Positions 54,621-64,000 of a DNA stretch of 64,000 bases are shown here, in pieces. Origin of the DNA: the human T2T-CHM13v2.0 reference genome, Homo sapiens; the NCBI RefSeq assembly GCF_009914755.1, contig NC_060927.1, one strand, 5' to 3'. Both the position numbers and the translations under genes were made by a program. Each line of letters opens with the position of its first letter. Positions within the stretch are counted from its first letter, which is position 1. The notes beneath the pieces are model-generated. The model did not search any database. It worked only from the letters and a program-made list of their open reading frames with translations, and was not told where the DNA came from.

Positions 54621-55059
54621 TATTCTGTGTATTTTATTAGTCCAGAAAAGTAATTATTGTAATAGGAGAAGAAACAAAGTAAATTTAGACGGGGATCAAT
54701 TTTGTTTATTTTATCACCTTGCCACATCATTTTCTCCAGCTGTAAATCAGGTGGGACAATGGACTCTACCCTCAAGCTAGGAAAGTGTCTCTCATTTCTT
54801 CAAAGGACACCTACTTCATTACTTTTTGAATTTGCTTTTACCATTTCTCTTCATTGGGAAAGGCTTTCATTTGCTCTTTTGCTAAAGGAAATCTGCCTCC
54901 TCTCTCCCAATTAGCTTAAACAACACCTCTTGCTCATACGTTTCCTAAACTTCCAGTTTTAAAGAGTTGTTCTTTCTTCAGTGACCTTTTAGTGTTTTAT
55001 GTAGACTGGTGCCCCCCCAACAATATGGTTACTGAGAAACAATAACCATATAAAATTAA

Positions 55060-55170
55060 AATACACATTCTGGGGGGAAGGGATTATGGGTCAAATATGC
55101 TTTGTACAAGCTACATATTATATTCCTTACTTGGTATGTAACAAAACATAAATACGCTCATGGAGTTATG
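55060..55170. mobile_element. Possible hAT-Charlie (MER103-like) fragment
   Basis: ggtcaaatatgctttgtacaagctacatattatattccttacttgg loosely resembles MER103C. Confidence 0.3.
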
Positions 55171-56152
55171 TATTCATTATTTAAATAATTCCTGGGTACC
55201 CACAAGCATACGTAGAGCTGGCCTACCTCATTAATTACTATATCTGCAGTGCCTCAAATATACAAATTTTAAAAAGAAAAAAAGTCATATGCTACTGATG
55301 GGGTATTGTATTATCTGAATTAAATGGTAAGGAATTATTTACCATGCAGAAATCGTATAAATCTTTTTTTGGTAGTAGGAAACGCTAAATGCTCATTTTC
55401 TTAGACTATGAGGCATATCAAAGGTTGAAAAAAGAAAGAAAGCATAGCTTACCTCCTTTTATAAGAATAAAAGAACTAAATAAAAATTTTTTGTCAAGTA
55501 AGCCTCTTTCAGGAAATCAAAGGATCAACACAGATTTAATTTCACCTTCTGAAACATCTACATCTGTGGTCTTTTACAATGAGAATGTGCCCAAGGCTTG
55601 CTTGACGCTGAAAGTGGCTTCGGAATCATTAAGTGAAGATTTCACCATGTTCCATAGCATTTCTGTTAAGTGCACTTTATTGTTCACTAACTTGTTGAAA
55701 ACTGGAATTGCCATACAGCATACCATGTAGTTTACTTGACTATTCAATAAACCATAACACTCCATTTTCAACCCTTCTGAATAATCGATTTTTTTTTTAC
55801 TAGAACATACTTATACAAGTGGTGATGGTTCTCAAAAAATCATGTGGATTTAATTTCATTCTGTCCTGGAAAAGTATCTTTTCACTTTAAGAAGTTCCTG
55901 GCTGTGTCCATGTAACGGACTCAGCACTGCAGCTGTGTTGTCATTGTGCATTCTACTGAGACACGAGATGATTGAAGGTGGCTAGGAAACACAAGGAGCT
56001 CTGATAATGGGGAAAGTTTGGCAAGTAGAAAGCAAAATGTGAAAAGCAGAGAGAGAATATGAAATGTTAAAAATAGCTTTTTCTTTTATTTTCATTTTGT
56101 GACTACAGAGTGATGGTTGAGATTCCCCTTTTGCACAGACAGACCTCCGGCC

Positions 56153-56384
56153 CAGTAGTCCCCAACTGTGACAATGTTCCTCCACCCCCAATACCACGCA
56201 CACATGAGGTGATAATTTGCATTGCTGGGAGAACTATTTGGTTTTGACAACTGGGGAATATGCTACTGGCATCTAGGCCAGGGTACTGCCACAGAGCCTA
56301 CATTGCCCTGGATGGCTCCTGTGGCCCCCACAACAAAGCATTACCTAGCCCAAATGTCAACATCACCAAGTTTGAGAAATCCTG
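56153..56384 (+). mobile_element. MER20 hAT-Charlie MITE
   Basis: acaactgggg...tgctactggcatctag...cccccacaacaaag...cccaaatgtcaa...ttgagaaatcctg. Confidence 0.85.
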
Positions 56385-56654
56385 CTCTACAGAGATTTGA
56401 CATTTATATTGCTAGCAAAATACCTCAAAAGTCAACCTTTAGTGTTTGGTAAGCCAAACTTCTATGTATGAGATGCTGGCTCTTGAGGCCTGGAAGAAGT
56501 CTAGGATCATATTTAATCAATATAAAAAGGATTAATAAAAATCTTACTCTGTTTAGTTTTTGTCTCCTAATATATGGTTGTCTATAGGGATTAATCCTAG
56601 GTTACTGACCGGCAAGAGTTCATAGACAATTAAGATTAGGAAGGAGGCGGAGAG

Positions 56655-56705
56655 GTCATAAAAATTATATTTCTCCTTTGCTTTTCTCTGTTACTCTAGG
56701 TAAGT
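56655..56705 (+). promoter_or_regulatory. Candidate recursive splice site (3'ss directly abutting 5'ss): polypyrimidine tract-TAG|GTAAGT
   Basis: tttctcctttgcttttctctgttactctag|gtaagt; AG at 56698-56699, GT at 56700-56701; 25/28 pyrimidines; no AG in 56655-56697. Confidence 0.5.
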
Positions 56706-57252
56706 GTATGCTGATGGTTTCTGGGATACCACGTTGGGATGGAAAGGCCTTCATTGTATTATGTCATTGAATGCTGTGGGAATATGGAAAAAAGTATTTC
56801 TCTAATCTACAGATGATCTCAGAAAGCCTCGTTACATACTACACACACACACATGCAACCCCTCCCATACTTATAACTAAGATGTCTATTTAAGCAAATA
56901 GCACCAGACAAAATAGCAATGTATATTAGCATGGAATGTGCAACTTTCATTTTGTAGGTATTTCATCTTAACCCTGTGATGTGTCTTGGGATCGTAAGAT
57001 TAGCGTCATTTTTCTGGGTAGAGAAACAGTCCTGAGGAGTTTGTCTAGCTTGATGAGAACTGCATGTTACTGCTATTTTTGCAGCTATTAACCATAAGAC
57101 AAAATTTGCAGCTTCTTCCTTATTTTCCATGTTCCATAAAAAAATGGGATGAGACAAGTTCTAAGTGATAGTCTATCTCTATTCCTGAGCCTAATATTTT
57201 CAAAATATGAGGTGTGTAAGATAACTAGGTTTCCCCACTGTCGCCTGGCAAA

Positions 57253-57294
57253 ATCATCATCATCGTCATCATCATCATCATCATCATCATCATC
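57253..57294. repeat. (ATC)n trinucleotide repeat, about 14 units with one interruption
   Basis: Direct reading; source of the poly-D and poly-S ORFs. Confidence 0.95.
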
Positions 57295-57369
57295 AGTAAC
57301 CATAGACTTATATGGTTTCCTCTCAGATATTTTATTTTAAAAAAAGTTCCTTTCATCTAGAAATTCTGA

Positions 57370-57620
57370 CCACACCTTGATATTGCAATTCCTTGTTCAT
57401 ATTGGTCTGGATCAGGCCATATTACTTCTCTTGAAGCTAAAAGGATCCTGTGTTCTGATTGGTCAACTTGGACCAGCATCTGGATTCTGAAGTACAGCCA
57501 TGTCTCCCTAAACCGCAGGAATTCAGGGATGAGAAAAGGTGGTTCCTCAGGCAAATCTGGGAACTGTAACCAAGAGAAAGGTACACATATGCTAGATGGG
57601 CACAAACAGTGAGTATGACA
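57370..57620 (-). mobile_element. MLT1K-like LTR fragment
   Basis: Reverse strand: tgtttgtgcccatctagcat...ttggttacagttcccagattt...ggaaccacc...gaccaatcaga. Confidence 0.6.
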
Positions 57621-59544
57621 ATAATATTTCCACCTATAACAGGTTGTTGCAAAAATACATGAGATTATATGTACATATAAAATACCACATATAACAATAC
57701 CCACTACATATAAAGATTTAGTAAAGCAATAAGCATTATTTTAAACATATGCTATAACAAATATAACTTGCGATCCACACACAAAACTACTTGGATTTCA
57801 AGAAAATGGTTACAAACCACTCACAGAATGCTGAAGGTGTTTGGTGTTATGTAATTAGAGAGATGAAAAGTGAAGGAAAAAAGAGTTGCAATAATTGATG
57901 ATAACTTCCATCATGAGTAATTTAAAGTTGTGTATAACTCCAGATTTTAAGCTAATTCAAGATTATTAGTTATCTCTCAGTAGTTTGGAATAAATTAATA
58001 AAAATTAAATTACCCCCAAATTAGAATTCCTGCCCAACCATCCTATGTGAGCAGAGATGATATCTAGAAAGGAGATAAGTATAAATCAAAGGGAGTGATG
58101 TTTCAAAGAATAAGCCCGAAATGGTTCTTCAATGATTTTCCCTTTTGGGTGATCCATATCAATAAAGCTTAATAAGAACTAAGAGTGAAATTACTACTAA
58201 CTGTGAACTTAATAATGCCCCACTGGGAGTTCATTAATATCTCAACAGGTACACTGAAGCATTATCTTAATTGCACATGATACTTTCAAAAATTCGCCTT
58301 TTACAAGTTTTGTGGAAACTACCCTCTAGAACTAGCATTAGTGAATTTTGTTTTGCCTTTCTGTATTGCAGTTTTGTACTGCCCACATATGCAAATCCCC
58401 CAGGAACAAATGAACCACATTCGCCTTCCAAAAAGTAAGATACTCCTCAGGTGACTGTCCTTGCTACAGGCAATGTGTTTATAATACAAAGCAGAATACA
58501 ATAAAGAGAGGAAGAATATAATATAAAAAAATATACTGAGAAAGAATGTAATATAGAGAAAAAAATATAATATACAGAGGAATAATACAAAAAGGGAGGA
58601 AGTTAACATGCATGGAAACAATTTCAGAACTTTCATTGTGTTCTGAATAAATAAAATAATTTCCTTTATGTAAATATTTAGAAATTTATTTTTATGAGAA
58701 CTAAGCTTGCAGTGGAGCAGTGGTGGAAATTTGGATTTTTAAACATTTCTATTAATGTTTTCTAGAAGACATCTGTACTTGAGTCTTCAGTGACAATTAT
58801 TGACAGTAAGATGATGCCTAAGGGAGTATGTTTCCAAGCCTAGGAGATCCTTCTGCCTAGTAGCAGTTTACTATGTAATAATTATGGGATAAAATTAAAC
58901 TTGACTCAATCTTGTCAACATTTAGAAAGTGAAAGTGCGTCATACATGCATAATATTTCTTTTTTTATTAGAAATGACATATAATTATTTTCTCTGGATT
59001 TAATATATTATTTTTATTCATTTTTTTTTTCTATTTTAACTTGGCAGTAGTAATGTTAACATCAAGTAAAATGAGGACCCAAGACCATAAACACTGTATT
59101 TGCTATGTGGGCCTGGCAGCCTGGTTCCTGAGGGGAGAGGAGTTAAGGAAAAGGCAGGGCAGAAACTGCCTCTTTAAAATGACAAATCCTAGTTATGTCT
59201 GGCAAAGTTTGAATCCTGAGGCATCATAGTTTATGTTGCCTAGGTTGTCAGGAACTAAGGCCTAAGAAAAAAAAAACAAAAACAGAGTGAGCAGCTTCCT
59301 AAATGACTTCCTTGGTCTCTTTACCTTTGATCTTCCATCCAAATGATAGCTTTCTTTCTCCTACATTCCCCAAAAAAGTATGCCGAGGAAAAGAAAAGGT
59401 GAGAAAAAGTATTTGCCCTGGAGCCTAAAGCAGCCCATCAGAGACCTACCCAGGACAAGAAAAACTCCCAAATACTGTGAGTGTCTCTGGCCACACCAAC
59501 TTTGTGGATGAGGAGCAGGTCAAAGAAATCTGTTCTCTTAGCTT

Positions 59545-59800
59545 ATTCCATTTTATCCATTTCCTGGCATGCCCATTTCTTCAATGAATACTGATCCGTT
59601 CCTATGCTGTTCCCAATAGAGTGGTATCCAATGGGGAAACAATGATGAGCAAGGTCTTTTTCTTCCATAAGGGTAAATACTCTCAAGGAATGGGGAGAAG
59701 AATAAACAGATAATGATACAGATAGTTGTTTAATTAGAACTGTGGCACTTGTTACCAAAGAAAACTACCATGTTCCAGAAGAACCCATCAATTGACCTTC
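59545..59800 (-). mobile_element. L2 3' end fragment
   Basis: ttcaatgaatactgatccgttcctatgctg...tggggaaacaatgatgagcaag...ggggagaagaataaacagataat. Confidence 0.5.
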
Positions 59801-60389
59801 CTCTAAATTCACTGTGCTTTCTGGGGCAAACATTGTAGAGGTTAGGGCAGAGCCTTGAGCACCTTTTAGTGATTAATGTGTGCTGTTTATTGGATATAAC
59901 TTAACTTTTGATCATTCTTTCAGTCAACCAAAATAATTCAACCACCACAATACATTTTATTGATGAGATATGAATATTTATGTCTCAAAGGTATATATAG
60001 GTTGTATATGATATGTTATTTATGTGTCCATTTTAACTATTCTTGAAATTGTTTTTTCCCCTAGCATTGTTTCTCCTAGAGTTACAGGAATTCTTAGAAC
60101 CATAAATTTGCATAAATATTTTAAAGGTAAAATTAGAAACCGAGAATTGGGCACTTTTTTTCTATCTTGAAAGTAAGATCTGAATTTGGGAAAAATTACA
60201 TCTGATGACTTGAAAGAGTATGATTTTTATTGCTGTTTTTATTCCCTGTTTGCTTGTTTATTTTTAACAATGGCCAGGAAAGTTGACTTCAACATAAAAT
60301 TTATATGATAATTTTGAGGCATGAGAATTGCTCTCAAACCTTGATTACTTGAAATGAGTTTTCTGTCTTGTCATCAGTGTCACCTGACT

Positions 60390-60680
60390 AGTGCCTTGAG
60401 AGAAATAATTGGAGAGATTGAGAAGATTTGAGTTGAGAAAAAAACTTGGGGGAGAGAGATGCTTTCACAGCTAGTTGGAGACCCACATAGAGAAGTGGAA
60501 TTAGTTTGGCATCTAACTGTGAAAGGCAGAAAAAGCAGAGAGGATTATGGACATGCAGGTGGTGGTGGCCCAATATTTGGAGTGGTGGCAATTCAGGACC
60601 AGAAAAACCCACATAATGTCTTCTCTTCATTGGAACGTCATTAAGAAGGAGTGTGAATGCCATATAGACTCCTGGAGAAA
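60390..60680 (+). mobile_element. L3/CR1 LINE 3' fragment
   Basis: gagaaaaaaacttgggggagag...gaagtggaattagtttg...aaggcagaa...ctcttcattggaacgtcattaagaaggagtgtgaatg resembles the CR1/L3 3' end. Confidence 0.45.
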
Positions 60681-60979
60681 TAAATACATGCCATTTTAGC
60701 TAATAAGTCAAATTACTGTCAGTTCATTCAAACTGAGAAATAACATAGTAACTTGAAGACAACACATCAGAGAAGACTGAGCTTCTTTAAGAAATGTAAA
60801 TGTAAATATTTTATACATTAATAGTGAATTTCGTAAGACATCCAAGTGCATGAGATAATATCTATGTAGTGGTTTAATTAAAAAAATTCCTGTGTTTCTA
60901 TAGATATAATTTTATATAAAAATGCATAAAAGTGATAATGACATGCCAGTAAATATTTTTTGTTCTTAAAACACTGGCT

Positions 60980-61260
60980 ATTCACTTGGCTATCTACTCA
61001 AAAACAAAAAACAAAATCAAAGTCCTAGCCCATAACAGATAATATATATTAAGTAGATCCTAGATGCATTAAAATGTTTAAAGATCAGTTATGCAAATAT
61101 ATAATCATAAACTGTAGGTGACAATATGCCCAATCAACAAGACGTTAGACCCTTTTTATCACTGAGAGCTAAGAAGCTATAGATGTGGTAGATCTTCTAT
61201 AGATAAAGTAGATAAGAAGAAAATGTTTTTGTATATCAAAGATACCATGAATAATACTAA
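60980..61260 (+). mobile_element. Very old L1M ORF2 fragment
   Basis: cttggctatcta...aagtagatcctaga...aaaatgtttttgtatatcaaagataccat. Confidence 0.4.
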
Positions 61261-61852
61261 TAGTTACATATTCCTCTTTCACATTAAAATAAATACATAA
61301 TCACTTTATAGGCATACTGGTAGACATGAAAAGAAGGTTCTTTGTACTTTATTTAAGCAAAGAAGAGTGAGAAGTTAAAATATTAAATAAATAATGGATT
61401 TGGTAGTATGAATATATTGTCGTGTTCATTAATGTGTTACAGCATGTGGGAAAAAAACAGACACATTTGCAAATGACTAAAGATTGAAAAATACTGGCAT
61501 AAAGTTTAGTTTTTTTTCACAATTTCTTTAAATCAGCAAAAGGAAAATTAATTTAGATATACATTACATTATTAGTAAACTGTAAATATATGTTACCATA
61601 TATCTATATGGTAAGCCTTCATTTATAAAAGCAATGGAGACATTTATTAAATTCAGTGAAAGAAATCACAGGAAGTGCAGAATAGATTCCTAAGATGTGT
61701 TCTGTTGTTTGTACACATTTAGACTTAGCTGCTCATTAAGACCCAAAAAGATATTAAAGGCATACAATGACAAGTGTAGGCACATTATAGATAATTAACT
61801 ACTACTGTTAAGTTTGACCAAAATTTCACCTTTACTATATTTTTTTAGTTTT

Positions 61853-61980
61853 TCTATATTACTATATATAGTATATATCCTACTTTATAATATATAGTAC
61901 ATTATATAATATTATATAATGTACTATATTATACTCTATAATATAATATACTATATATTATACTATATAGATACTATATG
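61853..61980. repeat. TA-rich low-complexity tract containing a perfect 38-bp palindrome
   Basis: Direct reading. Confidence 0.85.
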
Positions 61981-62566
61981 AACCTCTTAAAGGATTAAAG
62001 GCTATAGGTATTTGATTTTCTTAATTGGTAAAGAGAGAAAGAAAGAACACCACAGAGATTTGGACGTTTTGTCATATTTTCTTTTTACGGTACTGAACAC
62101 CTCAAAGATGCTGGAAATAGTTGGTTCTACAATGATATTAGAATGATCACAACATCTAGCATAACACAGCAACACACAGCATTCAGAATTTGTAAATTAA
62201 TCTGAAGCATCAATATAAAAATGAAAAACTTAGTTTTAATTACTGCTTAAAGTTATTTAGTTAGAGAAGCAAAAAGGTCTGTAGCATTCTAAAAAGTACT
62301 GATTTAAAAAATGCCTAGGGGAAATTTTGATTTTGTAGAGGAGACACCTTGGATGTTTGGAAATGTATTGCACATATGAGAGCGTGAATTCATGCATAGA
62401 TCTTTTCTCTGAAAGAATGGAATACCTTATAATAAATTATCTTCAAGGAAATAAATACATTTTCTTCTCCAAACAGGATTCTAGATCAATGTATAGTTTA
62501 GAGTGATATGTCGATACAGCTGATTATAAAGATACTTTCATAGGTGATGAGTCAGCAGAGGTTTAG

Positions 62567-63025
62567 AAAAGAAAAACTCCTTGATATTGGCCTTGGCAAT
62601 GATTTTTTTGAACATCACACTGAAAGCTCAGGCTACAAAAGCAAAAATAAATAAATGAGGCTTCATCAAACTAAAAAGTTTCTGTATAGCAAAGAAAACA
62701 ATCAATGATGTAAAGAGACACCTAAATACAAGAAAATATTTGGAAACCAGTATCTGATAAGGAGATAATATCCAAAATATACAAAGAATTCACACAAATC
62801 AAAATCAGGAAAACAACTCAATTAAAAAATGGGGAAAAGATCTGAATATACATTTCTTCAAAGGAGACCTACAAATGGCCAACAGGTACATGGAAAGGTG
62901 CACAACAGCAAGGAAATGCAAATCAAGACCACAATGTGATATTGCCCCACATCTGTTATGGTGGCTATAATCAAAAAGACAAAATATAAGAAGCATTGGT
63001 GAGGATGTGTAGAGAAGGTCCCCCT
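62567..63025 (+). mobile_element. L1M (MA/MB-like) ORF2 C-terminal fragment
   Basis: ccttgatattggccttggcaatga...atcaaactaaaaagtttctg...caaatggccaacagg...ggaaatgcaaatcaagaccacaatg...ttggtgaggatgtg. Confidence 0.85.
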
Positions 63026-63264
63026 TGAATAGGTGATAAAAGGTTTTGGATGTCTCATCTTTCTCATGAGAGAGAGTGAGAAGTTATAAGACTAAAGGTA
63101 GGTAGTATGTCAGAAAAAACATGAAGTGGTTGAGTATTCCAAGTAAGGGGAGAGAAAGGCTTAACCAGGATCACACAATGCAGGAGGAAAAACATGTTAT
63201 AAAGGAAGGGAAAAAAATGAATTGTAAGCCATTCTAACCAGAATGATGTTTTCTTAAAGGGGAA

Positions 63265-63520
63265 TTGTAGCACAGGGCTTACGAGTAAAGGATTTAGAGA
63301 TGTGCTTAAAGTGAATTCCAGATTTGCCACTTACTTATACGTAACCTTCAAAGTGGTTCTTGATCTCTCTGTGTCATAGGTTCTTTATTTGTAAAAACAG
63401 AAATTGTGTTAATGTGCTGTTGTGAGGATTAAAATAAAATAATGTATTACAGCTCTTAGCATGATGTTTCACACATGGGAAGACACTAAATTATAATTTA
63501 TAATATTATCATTATTTTGT
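63265..63520 (+). mobile_element. MIR
   Basis: tgccacttact...ctctctgtgtc...ttctttatttgtaaaa...gttgtgaggattaaa...cttagca. Confidence 0.75.
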
Positions 63521-64000
63521 TATTGTTCATAGAATAGCTTTACCTGGATATCCTGAGGAAGTACGGTTCTGTGTCTCAAGTAAAAATAAGAGCATCCTAT
63601 ATCAATAGCAAATATAAAGAAAATGCTTTCAAGAAATGTGGTGGTAGATGGTGACACAGAGACTGTGTAAGGGTCCCCACGGTATTTTTGAAGCAAGTCA
63701 TAAACTTATATAGAGAGGGAGACTTTGGGCCATATGATCTAGGAGTTCCCTTTCAATTCTAAAAGTGTCCTTCTAAATCTAAAGAAATGTCCTACAAGTT
63801 CTAGCTAAGACTTTATATTGACAAAATAAAAATTTAAAGATAAGCTTCTTAATTTAACTATATATTTGTTTCAAGATAAGAAATTAGAATGATACTAGTT
63901 GGTTTTTAATTGCTCACTGTTCAGAAATAACAAAAGGGAAAGGAATTTTTCCTATTATCACTCTTGTTTTTCTGGAAACTCTAGCTGAAGTAATTAGAAA

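Noticed and set aside
57088-57340. Poly-Asp and poly-Ser ORFs
   Set aside because: Produced by the (ATC)n microsatellite.

Overview
AT-rich, CpG-depleted human genomic DNA; an AluYb8-lineage element points to human. I found no recognisable protein-coding exon, CpG island or structural RNA gene. Every ORF I can place comes from a transposon (Tigger1, L1, Alu) or a simple repeat. The window reads as deep intronic or intergenic sequence. It contains an L1PA 3' end, a near full-length Tigger1, about 15 Alus or Alu monomers, old L1M/L2/L3/MIR fragments, MER21/MLT1/MST solo LTRs, hAT and Tc2 MITEs, a 35-bp minisatellite and microsatellites. The most notable non-repeat signal is a textbook recursive-splice-site motif on the + strand: a 25/28 pyrimidine tract followed by TAG|GTAAGT at 56,697-56,705. 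Two candidate cryptic + strand exons lie at 12,401-12,514 and 31,445-31,560. Other oddities: a tail-less Alu fragment that appears copied from its neighbour, a minisatellite with nested variant order, an L1 whose ORF2 ends are fused by an internal deletion, an 83-nt hairpin, and several perfect AT-rich palindromes. Repeat subfamily names come from remembered consensus sequences and boundaries of old elements are approximate. The host gene cannot be identified from the sequence alone.
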